Assembly (NCBI GenBank): GCA_964016885.1
Contig: OZ024766.1
Coordinates: forward strand, 15,500,001-15,564,000
Reading direction: 5' to 3'
From: Eledone cirrhosa
Taxonomy: Eukaryota
DNA: 64,000 nt
Shown here: positions 1-14,926 of the stretch, in pieces
How the letters are laid out: each line of letters starts with the position of its first letter
Numbering within the stretch: the first letter of the stretch is position 1
Program-made: the position numbers and the translations under genes
Notes under the pieces: generated by a model
What the model was told of the DNA's origin: nothing
The model's input: the letters and a program-made list of their open reading frames with translations, nothing else
Databases searched by the model: none

Positions 1-10
1 TATATTGTAA

Positions 11-345
11 GCACATAGCTTAGAAGTTAGAGCATTGGCCTTGCAATCGAAAGGTTGTGAGTTCAATTCTCAGACCGGGTGATGTGTTGTTTCCTTGAGC
101 AAGACACTTTATTTCACATTGCTCCAGTTTACTCAGCTGTAGAAATGAGATGATAGGGACTGGGGTCAATATCATTCCACTGCAAAGTGGTCCTGGAGGT
201 GCCACGGCAAAAAACACCCAATACTCACTGTAAATGAGGCTGGTGTTAGGAAGGGCATCCAGCTGTAGAAATCAAGCCAGAATCAGTTTCCGTCCCACCC
301 TTGTAAGCAGGGAAAAGCAGACGTAAAATGATGATGATGATGATT
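11..345 (+). mobile_element. tRNA-derived SINE, family A (CORE-like middle, RTE-type 3' tail)
   Basis: Head with A-box-like and B-box (GAGTTCAATTC) motifs; middle CCTTGAGCAAGACACTT resembles CORE; tail ends CGTAAAA(TGA)n; near-identical copies at 30801-31150 and 56098-56443. Confidence 0.85.
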
Positions 346-371
346 GTAGCTCCAAAACAGTTTAAATCTAC

Positions 372-480
372 CTGTCTCACAGGTGTTACCTTCATAACCA
401 GCACTACACTTTCCACTAAAACACACACCTGTCTCTGTGTTACACCTAGCTGTGTGTTACACCTACTGTCATCTTGACTC
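372..480 (-). pseudogene. Partial/degenerate EGF-like exon duplicate
   Basis: Minus strand encodes RCNTETGVCFSGKCSAGYEGNTCET followed by GT; similar to exon 522-659, but the 5' part has an internal duplication and no clear acceptor. Confidence 0.6.
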
Positions 481-521
481 AATATATCATGTTAGAAACA
501 AAGCTATACTACACCACTTAC

Positions 522-659
522 CTGTCTGACAGTTGCTACCTTCATAACCAGCAGTACATCCTCCACTAGAACACATACCTGTCTGTTTGTTACACCTGTT
601 ATTATCAGCACAGTGGCATGTGTGTTTACAGTTAGCTCCAAATTTACCAATGTGACAGG
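522..659 (-). CDS. Internal phase 1-1 exon encoding an EGF/laminin-EGF-like repeat (MEGF/SREC-like protein)
   Basis: tacag|...|gtaagt, 138 nt, translates as CHIGKFGANCKHTCHCADNNRCNKQTGMCSSGGCTAGYEGSNCQT. Confidence 0.85.
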
Positions 660-732
660 CTGTAATATGAAATGTAATGTAAACAGTTTGAACAATTTCA
701 AGATATAATATTTAGAATTATTAACCTTTTTG

Positions 733-1868
733 ATTAAGTAGAAATATGGTAATGAAAGGGTTAATGATATAGACAGTGTCTTTAAGTAGAGATATGTAAT
801 GAAAGGGTTAATAACATAGACAGTGTCTTTAAGTAGAGATATGTAATGAAAATGTTAATGACATAGACAGTGTCTTTAAGTAGAAATATGTAATGAAAGG
901 TTTAATTACATAGACAGTGTCTTTAAGTAGAAATATATAATGAAAGGTTTAATGACATAGACAGTGTCTTTAAGTAGGAACTTGGTAATGAAAGGTTTAA
1001 TGACATAGACAGTGTCTTTAAGTAGAAATATGGTAATGAAAGGTTTAATGACATAGACAGTGTCTTTAAGTAGAAATATGGTAATGAAAGGTTTAATGAC
1101 ATAGACAGTGTCTTTAAGTAGAGATATGTAATGAAAGGGTTAATGACATAGACAGTGTCTTTAAGTAGAAATATGTAATGAAAGGTTTAATGACATAGAC
1201 AGTGTCTTTAAGTAGAAATATGTAATGAAAGGTTTAATGACATAGACAGTGTCTTTAAGTAGGAACTTGGTAATGAAAGGTTTAATGACATAGACAGTGT
1301 CTTCAAGTAGAAATATGGTAATGAAAGGTTTAATGACATAGACAGTGTCTTTAAGTAGAAATATGGTAATGAAAGGTTTAATCACATAGACAGTGTCTTT
1401 AAGTAGAAATATGTAATGAAAGGTTTAATGACATAGACAGTGTCTTTAAGTAGGAACTTGGTAATGAAAGGTTTAATGACATAGACAGTGTCTTCAAGTA
1501 GAAATATGGTAATGAAAGGTTTAATGACATAGACAGTGTCTTTAAGTAGAAATATGGTAATGAAAGGGTTAATGACATAGACAGTGTCTTTAAGTAGAGA
1601 TATGGTAATGAAAGGTTTAATGACATAGACAGTGTGTTTAAGTAGAAATATGGTAATGAAAGGTTTAATGACATAGACAGTGTCTTTCAGTAGAAATATG
1701 GTAATGAAAGGATTAATGACATAGACAGTGTCTTTAAGTAGAAATATGGTAAAGAAAGATTAAATGATATAGACAGTGTCTTTAAGTAGAGATATGGTAA
1801 TGAAAGGGTTAATGACAGAGACAGTGTCTTTAAGTAGAAACTTGGTAATGAAAGGTTTAATGACATAG
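733..1868. repeat. Minisatellite, 47-48 bp unit, about 24 copies
   Basis: Unit TTAAGTAGAAATATGGTAATGAAAGGTTTAATGACATAGACAGTGTCT. Confidence 0.95.
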
Positions 1869-2257
1869 TCTATGTCATTAAACCTTAATCCAAATATTCA
1901 ATTACTTTCAAGCAAGAAACAAATGCAAATATCCGACTAACTTGAATTTTCCATCGGATTTTAAAATTATTTTACGTATTTTTGCTATATTAGTTTTTTT
2001 AACTTAATATTATTATTTTTCTATTGTATTTCTTTATAATTATGTGAATACAAAAATATTTTATGTTGTAACTTTTTATGTTAAATAATAAATGACTATA
2101 AAACTATACAAAAACTATAATAATTTCACAAAAGTCGCATTTATAGGTATATCATGAAATACTCAGACACATTATAATATAAGATGGGTTCTACATGTAT
2201 TTCAAAGGAAAGCCATGTCATACGTCTCGCTGAATCTCCCTGAGAACTACGTATATA

Positions 2258-2518
2258 CTAGTGACTATCAGACATAGTGTATTTAGTACTACATTATCTA
2301 ATGTAGAGTACAGTAGTTAGTATTAGTGGCTATCAGACATAGTATATCTAGGACTACATTATCTAATGTACAGTAAAGAAATTAGTATTAATGGCTCTCA
2401 GACATAGTGTATCTAGGACTACATTATCTAATGTACAGTATAGTGGCTATCAGACATAGTTTACCTAGGACTACATTATCTAATATATAGTAAAGCAGTT
2501 CGTATTTGTGGCTATCAT
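2258..2518. repeat. Degenerate tandem repeat, about 50-66 bp, 4-5 copies
   Basis: Recurring GGCTATCAGACATAGTGTATCTAGGACTACATTATCTAATGTA. Confidence 0.85.
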
Positions 2519-2526
2519 TATTATAG

Positions 2527-2646
2527 ACTGAGTTCAAATCCCGCCGAGGTTAACTTTGCCTTTCATCCTTACGGGGTCGATAAAATAAAGTACCAGTAAT
2601 GTACTGAGTAATTGCTGGCCTTGTGCCTAAAGTAGAAACAATTATT
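2527..2646 (+). mobile_element. SINE family B, 5'-truncated
   Basis: B box GAGTTCAAATC plus GCCTTTCATCCTTACGGGGTCGATAAAATAAAGTACCAG; other copies near 17117, 17385, 38155, 45660, 47200, 58546 and 58755. Confidence 0.8.
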
Positions 2647-3047
2647 ATAGACTTCAAGTAAATCTTTGTCAACTTATCAATAGATATGACAGTGTAAGAC
2701 TGATGTCGGCGAGAGAAAATTGTGTATATATATATAATTGTTACACAAGATGTAATTAGATTAATTAAAGTTATAATGAAGACAGCAGGTACGCGGTATC
2801 GTTATGAATGTTTCAACTGTCGTACCGGTGTCATACGTTAAAAGTCCCTGATATAATTTAATACCTTCAGACACAATTCCAATCGTATTTAATTGATTGT
2901 AGATCAGAAAATATCACTCAATATTAACATATCAATTATATATCAATAAGAAAACCTCTACGCACTCTCTCTAACTGCTAGAAATAGCAGTGATATTATC
3001 CATTAGAACTTACATCTATCTATATACACTCATAACATATATTTCAG

Positions 3048-3659
3048 CAGTGTCATGGTATTAGCTGTCAGAAGTGAAAGTAGAAGGTGACGTCATTCGT
3101 CAACCTTCTCAATCCTTTATTTCCGTATCACTATTCCCTTTATTTATGTTTAGGATTTTCTAAGAGATACGTTTACGATGAGATACACTTATTAAAAAAT
3201 ATATGGGGACCAAATAACCCCGTAATTTGAGAGAGAAACGATAATATACAATCTTATTTAACATGTGTATTAAAAACTACACTAGCTGTTACAATTGTAA
3301 TTAACGTGTAAGAATTTAAATGAAAATATAGGTGGCCCTTAAAAGGGCTGGTGTTGAACTTAAATTTGTTTTCTAATTTGATAACCATGACTTGTTTCAA
3401 CACCGGCCCTTTTAAGGGCCACCTATATTTTCATTTAAGTTCTTACACGTTAATTACAATTGTAACAGCTAGTGTAGTTTTTAATGCACATGTTAAATAA
3501 GATTGCATATTATCGTTTCTCTCGAAAATTACGGGGTTATTTGGTCCCCATAAATAAAATCATAAACGTAAATAAACGGAATAGAGATATGGAAATAAAG
3601 GATTGAGAAGGTTGACGACTGATGTCACCTTCTTTCTGACAGCTAATACCACGACAGTG
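3048..3659. mobile_element. Fold-back element with long imperfect inverted arms
   Basis: 3048-3359 is largely the reverse complement of 3395-3659; absent at the paralogous site near 14335; interrupted copy at 36572-41595. Confidence 0.8.
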
Positions 3660-4006
3660 CCCTTTATTTCGATATCTTACATTAAAATGTTGACTGAGGG
3701 TGTGGCAACTGTTTCTTGTTTGAGGTTGTTCCAGTGGTTGGAAGGTATATTAAATAATAAAGACAGTCATGATAACAATATATTTTATATCACATGTAAC
3801 AGTGGAATCTGATGATTGAAAAATATCACATCAACATTTCAGTTGGGAAGTGTTTTTTCTATATATAAAAGTGGAGGAAGAAATATATTTTTCTAATGTT
3901 ATATATATTTTCACTTGTATATAATTACTGGGTCGTTGTAGGGTTCACATAATTATATTATTTACATACATTAATATAGACATTAAGTAAATCTTTGTCA
4001 ACTTAC

Positions 4007-4205
4007 CTCCTTCAGATATAATCAATGTGTTGTGTTGTTAGTTGTTACTAAACAACCAAAGAAATAATCTCTTTGTTATCAAATTAGAAGTTTCAATGTT
4101 ATCAGCTTTATTTCACGACATTAACGTTGGTGTATCTTCTTCATCTTTAGTCATAAATTGATATCTTGTCAGAATGAAGTAGTGAGGCTGACTTTATGTC
4201 TTTAG
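4007..4205 (-). other. Putative non-coding 5' exon (module copy 1)
   Basis: Acceptor aaatctgtag and donor GAG|gtaagt are both conserved in three paralogous copies; no long ORF. Confidence 0.5.
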
Positions 4206-4407
4206 CTACAGATTTGATAGGAAATATATATATATTAGGTTGATATGTGGTCTAAAATATATATATATTGTCTATAAATGACTGATAGCAGATGTTCTGG
4301 TGAAATAGTAGCTTTACTACTACAGATTGTAATGGAACTCTTAGTAGACACAATTGTAAAGTAAGAATAGATATGACAGTGTAAGACTGATGTCGGGGAA
4401 TTAAAAT

Positions 4408-4460
<53 letters not shown>

Positions 4461-5839
4461 GTTACACAAGATATAATTAGATTAATTAAAGTTATAATAA
4501 AGACAGCAGGTACGCGGTATCGTTGGGAATGTTTCAACTGTCGTACCGGTCTCATACGTTAAAAGTCCCTGATATAATTTAATACCTTCAGACACAGTTC
4601 CAATCGTATTTAATTTATTGTAAATCAGAAAGTATCACTCAATGAAATATCAATTATATATCAATAAGAAAGCCTCTACGTAGTCTCACTGACTGCTAGA
4701 AATAGCAGCGATATTATACAATACAACTGCTCTCTCTCTAAATATATATACACATATATGTACGTATGTATGTATATGGGTATGAATGAGTGTGTAAGTG
4801 TGTATATGTGTACATAGGGTTTTGGTATATGTACGTTTGGTGAACATATGTGTATTTACCTGTAGGTTTGTGTGAGTGTGCGTTCTATACGCATTTATGC
4901 GTGAATATTTATATATAATTAGATGTATACACACAAACATATATTTATATGTGTATTTGGTGTATATGTCCGTACGTGTGCGGGTATATGTGTCGCACCG
5001 GTTTACGTCTGTGTGTGCGTGTTTATGTGTACGTGCATGCATGCCGTGTGTTTTCGCATATACACGTGTATAAATGTGTGTATGCATATATTTAATTATT
5101 ATTACTTTTATGATTTTAATAACCTCTGTCATTTTCGTTCAACTAATTTATTTTCATTATTCTGAACTCCGAAGCCGAGAATCATTCAGTTTCCTAAATA
5201 GTATATTAGTCTACGACTCTATTTATACCATAAACGTGGTTTTGTCTTTACGTGAAATCGTTCTTCGTTCCACATAACGACGTATTATCTTCGCTTTTTT
5301 CCGTTCATTGCCAGGAAACGTCTTCACGAACCAAAGTATCGTCTTCCTGTTTTCCTTCGGTTGCAAAGTTTTTCGAAATATTTACTTTTTCGGTCATGGA
5401 TTGATTTTTTTTCAGTTTCAGAAGATCCTGTTAAGGGGGAAAGCAGCGATTATTTGCTTAAACTTTAATCTGTTATTTTAATATATATATATATATAATT
5501 GGTTTTGGATGCTAAAAGCGTCCATATGCAGTAGGCCGTTTGAGCACTCGATTCTCTCATAGAGCAGAGTATATCACAAAAAAAGAGAGAATCAGTGTTG
5601 CGATGAATGGAATTTAGTGGACATATTACAATCGTTTCTCTGGGGACCAACTCTGGGTACAATCGATGTGATGATCGAACCTGAAAATCTCAAGGCCCTC
5701 AGATATGTCTTGATTCTATGATATATATACATATATCTGAAGGGCAGTGCACCAGCATGGCCTCAGCCAGATAGCTGGAACACGTAAAAGAGTAAAAGAA
5801 TATCATACGTGTATATTCATATATTGTATTTATCCTCAT

Positions 5840-6335
5840 CACAATTTAAACTCCAATTTACATGCTAGCATGGGTCAGACGAGTTGTCCTTATTGTGTGA
5901 AAACTTAGATCAAATAACCCTGCCTTGCTCATGCAAGAACCATTTCTGGTTGGATTGTACGGCTGGATGCCCTTCCTAACTCCAACCACATTTACAGGGT
6001 GGACTTGGTATTTATTGTTGTGTTGCTAACATGACCAACCTACAGGGTGGACTGGGTGCTTTTTGCTGCTCTTTGTCATGTCACCAATTTGAAGGGTGGT
6101 TCGGGTCCCTTCAGTCTTGCCACTAGCATGACCACTTTACAGGGTGGGCTAGAGGCCTCCTGTCATGTCGACATCACTGGGTGAACTGGGTGCTTATTTG
6201 TCATGTTACCAGCATGACTACCTTGCAGGGAGGGTTAGGTACTCTTTTGTCATATTACCTAACAGAGAGGACTCTGTGTTCTTTTGTCATGACACTTGCA
6301 TGACCACCTTACAGGTGTGTCTGAGGGCTTTTAGC
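5840..6335 (-). mobile_element. RTE/SINE-type 3' tail followed by degenerate repeats of about 48 bp
   Basis: GGATGCCCTTCCTAAC motif and repeated TTACAGGGTGGACTGGGTGC units. Confidence 0.55.
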
Positions 6336-6539
6336 CATTTAAGCAGCATTGGGGGAGAGCATGTTAAGCTTTCCATACTTGTATACATGGGTTGGTCAAG
6401 AAAGGTGTATCAGATGTGAAAGTGGGGGTGGGGCTGTGTGTATGTAGGGTGGAGATTGGAGAGGTAGGTCAGGGTTGAGTACTTAGCTGGTAAGGGGGTG
6501 GAGTGTTAAGATGTGGGGAGGAGGAAAATTAGAGCATAC

Positions 6540-7300
6540 TTCAAACCACTAAATGTTGTGTCAACCCGTGGACATGGGAATGCAGGTCTCCTGCAGTACT
6601 GTATAATGCCAGAGATTTCAATCCTGTGTCATCACCTTTGTGAGGTACAATGGTGTCAGGTCAGTTTTTACCTCCTCATCCCAAGCTTTCCTAGGTCTTC
6701 TTCTTCCATCAATTTTCAAGCAGTCAACCTTTTATACAGCATCTCTACCTTCATACACATCACATGCCCATACCACAGCAATCTCCTCTCCTGCATACTG
6801 TATCTTATCCCTCTTATCCCCAGGTTCTCTCTCAGTTTATTTGTTCTTCATGTATATTAATATTACACATCCATCGGAGATTCAAGCTTCATTTCTATCT
6901 AATCTTGAGGTCATCACTGCAATGCAGCATTGCTGTTAATATACACACATAAAATTGATGAAACAACCTTGTGTAGCGAGTAGCAGTAATAACACCATAA
7001 ACCTCTGCCACCTTGTTCTTACTCTTGTTACTGTACTTTCAGAACACCTACCTCCACTGCTAATTTGGTCACCCAGGTAACAGAAACTGTCAACCAGCTA
7101 CTTCTATGGAACCCTTTAAATATTTGATAGAGCTTATCTCCTAAAAGCGATTGCTTTTTACAGTTCCAGTGCAATGACCCCATGTAAAACATACTTTCTT
7201 AGCTACCTTACTTTATCTCCTACTAAATCTCTGGTGTACCCATAGTCTATTTAGAGTAAATAATGTTTCATACACATAACATGTGTGTGACCATTGGTTT
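6540..7300 (-). mobile_element. Degenerate RTE LINE 3' fragment
   Basis: Similar to the C-terminal coding region of the RTE at 52342-53100; many stops. Confidence 0.7.
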
Positions 7301-7504
7301 CCTATTCCACTTATGGCCACCACTGTTTAATGGGGGGGGGGGGGACATTTCCAAACAGACCCTTCGTTAGGCATGCTGACAAATATATTAAAAGGAAGTT
7401 CTTTCCTCCAACAATTTTCACACCAAACAGAGGAGAGTTTCTTATTGTCAAAAAGGGAGGTAAATCTTTAGCAGCATAATTGTCAGGCTTAATTAAATAT
7501 GTAA

Positions 7505-8150
7505 TTAGATACACATAGAAGTGGTTGATAGCTTTTGCAATATAGGTGACTTAATTAGCAGTGGAGGACGCTGCTCTGAAAGATGAATAGCTAGAATAAG
7601 GAAAGGATGGAAACAGTTTAGAGAGCTACTGCAACAGTTGACCACAAAAGGTTTCTCTCTCTGTACAAAAGGACGACTGTATGACACATGTGGGTGATGT
7701 GCAATGATGCATGGTAACGAAACTAGGGTGTGACTGCAGAGGATATGTAGACAGGAGAGAAATGGAACAACCATGCTTTGTAGGATATGTTATGTAAGTG
7801 TAAGAGAAAGGCAGAGCTTGGACGAGTTCAAGAAGAAGCTGGGTTTCAGAGTGATCTGAAGTGGTGTGTAAGAGAGAAGACTGTGTTTGTACAGACATGG
7901 GATGCACATGGATAATGACCGATGGGTGATGAAGTGCCAGGAAATCCCAGTAGAAGGAAACCATAGTAGAGGAAGACCAAGAAAGACCTGGACAGAGGCT
8001 GTGTGAACTGACTTCAAATAACTGACTCTCACAGAGGAGATGACAAAGGAACACTTCAAGTGGAAAGATGCCATGTTGAAAAGGACCTGTCCAACCAAGC
8101 AAGCATGGAAAAACCGACATAAAAACAGTGATGATGTTGATGAAGATGAC
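7505..8150 (+). mobile_element. Degenerate RTE LINE 3' fragment
   Basis: Similar to 30170-30790 (GWKQFRELL, GRPRKTW motifs); (GAT)n tail. Confidence 0.8.
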
Positions 8151-8797
8151 GTACATATACACACATACATACACAAATAAATCAAACACAGATATGCACA
8201 TACGTATATACAAACATAGATACAACATATACATGGACACAAATTTCTACACACATACATTCACATATATATAACATGTGTAAATTCTGAACAATACAGT
8301 TTTGTCGGCAAAACTCTTGGTTACAACTTCTACAAATAAAATTAAAGGAGAAGAATTTCTTAGTAAAACAGTTTTATTCAAAATATTAACAACATTGGTG
8401 GCACTATTTTGGGTTAGTGACATGGTTTTCATCTTGTCTAATTGTGTTGCATTAAGTAATCTTTAGAAGAGAACAATTTATCACAGACATCACAGTGATA
8501 TGGTTCCTCTCCTGTAGATGTTAGTGTCTAATGAAGTCACAGAATTTAGAGAAGCATTTACCACATACATCATAGTGATATGGTTCCTCTCCTGTAGATG
8601 TTAGTGTCTAGTGAAGTCACAACATTTAGAGAAAGATTTACCAAATATATCAAAGTGATATGGCTTCCCAGCTTTATGTATATGTTTGTGTGTAACATTC
8701 AAAGAGAATGGTTTCTCTCAGATGTCACAATGATATGTATTTGTATTCTCATTAATTCACAAATTTGAGGGAATGATTTATTTCTGATGTCAATGCA

Positions 8798-10653
<1,856 letters not shown>

Positions 10654-10764
10654 CTGAAATAAGAAAGAAACAGTATGAGATAATACAGAATAATTTAGAA
10701 GCAGAGATAGATTTAACAGTGGAAATTTTATATTTCTATATTGGTAAATTGTAGACTACCTTGA

Positions 10765-11270
10765 GTAGAAGATTATGGAAGTTAAAGGACCCCATAGCCA
10801 GTGACAAATTTAAAAGCCTATTACTTGATGCCTTTGACAATAAGGAAGATCAATTAGAGACATGCAATATAGAGGAACAGTGGCAAACCTTGAAAGTGAA
10901 CCTGCTGAAAGCAACAGTCAGTAGGCACCTCTAACAAAATATACCCCCGTCCCACTACCCCCACCCCCTTAAATGTGAAGTTATGTTGGAACCACAACAT
11001 CCAGTCTGAAACAAATGAGGTCGTGTAGGTGTCACGATAAAAAAAAAAACACACACAGTCCACGCTGTAATGTGGCCGTGTAGGTTACACGGTAAAAACC
11101 TCCCAGTCCACACTAAACGTGGTTGGTGTTAGGAAGGGCATCCAGCCGTAGAAAACCCACCAGACAGTCCTATGCGAGCAAGATAACCTTCCTTGCCTCA
11201 AGTGGGAAAACTCCCGTCCAAACCCATGCTAGCATGGAAGATGGAACGTTAAACGATGATGATGATGATG
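10765..11270 (+). mobile_element. Internally deleted RTE piece (coding fragment joined to 3' UTR)
   Basis: 10765-10920 matches the RTE LWKLKDP region; 10920-11270 matches the 3' UTR at 51940-52320 in reverse. Confidence 0.7.
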
Positions 11271-11588
11271 TATATATACACTGTGTACGGTATATATAAT
11301 ACCCTATATATGTTGTCCAAGAGAAAGGCTATGGCTGATACAGCTTGGCACTTGTGACATCACAACATATATATACACTATATATATTATACAGTATATA
11401 TACACTATATATATGTCCAAGGGAAAGGTAATGGCTGACACAGCTTGGCACCAGTGACATCACAACATATATATACACTATATATATATATACACTGTGT
11501 ACAATATCTATCATACACTATATATATGTCCAAGGGAAATGTAATGGCTGATACAGCTTGGCACCAGTGACATCACAACATGTATATA

Positions 11589-11636
<48 letters not shown>

Positions 11637-11730
11637 TGTGTACAATATATATTATACACTATATATGTTGTTCAAGGGAAAGGCAATGGCTGATACAGCT
11701 TGACACTAGTGACATCACAACATATATATA
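11270..11730. repeat. Composite tandem repeat (GATACAGCTTGGCACCAGT core plus AT-rich spacer)
   Basis: About 100-130 bp units; same family at 13130-13560 and 35285-35822. Confidence 0.8.
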
Positions 11731-12179
11731 TATAACTTATATCCAAGACATCCATAGATTATTTCTATTCTACAGCTATCTCTCTTCCCCAGTTTCAAAA
11801 TGTTCTGTTTACATTATTATTATCATTCACTTGTTTCCACAACGTATATACTTCGACCATGTTTTTTATATAAACCATGTTGGACATTGTGTCTTTCTCT
11901 ACAAACTCATCCCTAACCCCCTCCATTACCTCCCTCATTCATTTCGGTGTTTCTCTCACTCATTCATTTCGGTGTTTACGAAGCTAGGTGACCATCTTCG
12001 AAGTTCTTGCATATTTGCCTTGTGTAATATGTCTACTTATATCTGCTTATTTCCCCCGAATCTCCTGTGATGATATATGTCATGATGGCTACCTATCTCA
12101 CAATTTCCCACCCCTCACCATAGGCTATTTGACCAATCAAACCTCAGCAACATGTCCTTACACATTACCAGCCCCAACT

Positions 12180-13120
12180 CTGCCAGAACTCCTATATGCG
12201 GATGATCTTACACTTATAGCTGAATCTATGGCAGAACTAAAGAAACAAGCACCACCAAACTCTGGGAGAGCTCTGTAGAAACAATAGACAGCTTTTGCTA
12301 CCTAGATGACCGAATAAGCAGGAGGTGGGTGTTCTGAAAGTACAGTAACCAGGCTAACGACGGGATTGAAGAAGTTCAGGGAGCTACTGCCACTGCTAGC
12401 TACAAAAGGCTTTTCCCTCAAAATGAAAGACAGACACTATGATGCGTGCATACGAACAGCAATGTTACATGGTAGTGAGACCTGGGCGCTGTGTGTAGAA
12501 GACTTGCATAGATTAGAAAGAAACGAAGCTTGCATGCTCCGATGGATGTGTAATATTAATATACGCGAACGGCAAAGCATTAACAAATTGAGAGAGAGAC
12601 TGAGCATAAGAGGAATCAAATACTGTGTGAAGGGGAGGAGGTTGTGTTGGTATGGACATGTGATGTGTATGAAGGATGAAAGCTACATAAACAGATGCAG
12701 AGCACTAGAAGTCGATGGAAGCCATGAAGTGGGGGGACCCAAGAAGACCTGGGATGAGGTGATGAAAGCTGACCTCACCCAATTGCACCACCCGAAGGCG
12801 ATGACACCGGACCGTGACCTCTGGCTTCACACAGTAATATAGAAGACCAGACTTCCCACGAGTACAAGCCGAAGCTGAAGCATATAGACAACATGGCCCC
12901 ACCCCCTCCCACTGTAAAGTGGCCATGGAGGTGTCACAACAAAATAGCACCCATCACTCAGTGAGGTTGGTGTTAGGAAGGGTATCCAGCTGTAGAAATC
13001 AAGCCAAAATCGGTTCCCATCTGAGCAAGACAAGGTCACCCTACCTGGCACTGCCCACAACAGGACAACCTGTCTAACCCATACTACCGTGGAAGAAGGG
13101 ACGTAAAACAGTGATGATGA
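12180..13120 (+). mobile_element. Degenerate RTE 3' fragment with tail
   Basis: ELLYADDLTLIAESMAEL and KKFRELLPLLATKGFSLK...GGPKKTWDE match the intact RTE. Confidence 0.85.
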
Positions 13121-13129
13121 TATACATAT

Positions 13130-13560
13130 ATACACTGTGTACAGTATATATACACTATATACAGTATATATATACACTATATATGAGGTCCAAGAGAAAA
13201 GCAATGGCCAATACAGCTTGGCACCAGTGACGTCACAACGTATATATACTATATATATACTATATATATACACTATGTATATATTATATATACACTGTGT
13301 ACAGTATCTATACACTATATATATGTCCAAGAGAAAGGCTTTGGCCGATACAGCTTGGGACTAGTAACATCACAACATATATATATACAATATATATTAT
13401 ACAGTATATATACACTATATATATTATACAATATATATACACTATATATATATATTATACAGTATATATACACTATATATATTATACAGAATATATACAC
13501 TATATATATGTCCAAGAGAAAGGTTATGGCCGATACAGTTTGGCACCAGTAACATCACAA
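13130..13560. repeat. Composite tandem repeat, continued
   Basis: Same unit as 11270-11730; runs into a SINE A 5' half (13560-13695, minus strand). Confidence 0.75.
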
Positions 13561-13699
13561 CTCATTTCTACAGCTGAGTAAACTGGAGCAACGTAAAATA
13601 GAGTGTCTTGCTCAAGGAAACAACACATCACCCGGCCCGAGAAACGAACTCACCACCTTTTAATTGTAAGCCCAATCCTCTAACCACTAAGCCAGGATA

Positions 13700-14281
13700 C
13701 GTTCCAGAAAAACTACCGTGATGTAGAGAGACCATAAAGACAACCGTTGTTTTCATAGTTTAAGCCTTAAAATACCTCTCATACATGCTTTAAGTACATA
13801 TAAACTCATTAAAACACACTTTTGTATTTAAACACCAAAAACAGCCAGTAACGATCGTATAGAAACTACCACCAACCATCATACCACTAGTTACCAATGA
13901 GGACTATTGCCAGCTACGGTAGCCACTTGGTAATACACTGCACATCTCCCGTCAATCTATGAAGGGTTTGTAGTAGATTAGAGCAACACAATCAGTAAAA
14001 CAGTAATGGAATGAAAAATAAAAACATTTGTTTATAATTAACGCCTTAAGATGTCCCTTCCTTACGATATACACTTTAATAACATTGAAACTTATTTAAT
14101 ATGTTTAAAATTTAAACATTTTTTATTCAGACGTACCGCGATAAGAAACTAGATATGTTCTAACGAATAATCCGCGATGTGGCGAGGATTACCGCGATAG
14201 GAAATTAGATACGTTCCAAAGAAATATCCGCGATGTAACAGGACCGCGAAAAGTGAACCGCGATATAGCGGGGGATTACTG
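13700..14281. mobile_element. Tc1/mariner (pogo/Tigger-like) non-autonomous fragment
   Basis: Ends in CGCGATATAGCGGGGGATTACTG-TA with subterminal CCGCGAT repeats; copy at 35960-36523; only one TIR seen. Confidence 0.6.
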
Positions 14282-14724
14282 TATATATACACACACAACA
14301 TACATCTATCTATATACACTCATAACATATATTTCGATATCTTACATTAAAATGTTGACTGAGGGTGTGACAACTGTTTCTTGTTTGAGGTTGTTCCAGT
14401 GGTTGAAATATAGACGGAGGTAAGTTAAATAATAAAGACAGTCATGATAACAATATATTTTATTGGCGCCTCCCCCCTATTGGAGATTTCGATTGTTGAA
14501 ATTGTTTGTTTTTATATTTTTTACACGACTGTATGTAAAATCCCCGGCATGTCTTTGTATTGTCCCCTTTCTTGTTGCGCCCTTGTGGCTAATAAAGAAA
14601 TCAATATATTTTATATCACATGTAACAGTGGAATCTGGTTAATTACTCGATCGTTGTAGCGTTCACATAATTATATTATTTACGTACATTAATATAGACA
14701 TTAAGTAAATCTTTGTCAACTTAC

Positions 14725-14926
14725 CTCCTTCACATATAATCAATGTGTTGTGTTGTTAGTTTTTACTAAACAACCAAAGAAATAATCTCTTTGTTATCAA
14801 ATTAGAAGTTTCAAAGATGTTATCAGCTTTATTTCACGACATTAATGTTGGTGTATCTTCTTCATCTTTCGTCATAAATTGATATCTTGTCAGAATGGAG
14901 TAGTGAGGCTGACTTTATGTCTTTAG
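14725..14926 (-). other. Putative non-coding 5' exon (module copy 2, upstream of ZNF 8798-10653)
   Basis: Paralog of 4007-4205 with conserved AG/GT. Confidence 0.5.

Noticed and set aside
733-1868. CRISPR-like regular repeats
   Set aside because: Contiguous units with no unique spacers, no cas genes, eukaryotic context: a minisatellite
3808-3830. CTGATGA-TT-GAAA (also near 41752)
   Set aside because: No room for stem II and no stem I pairing
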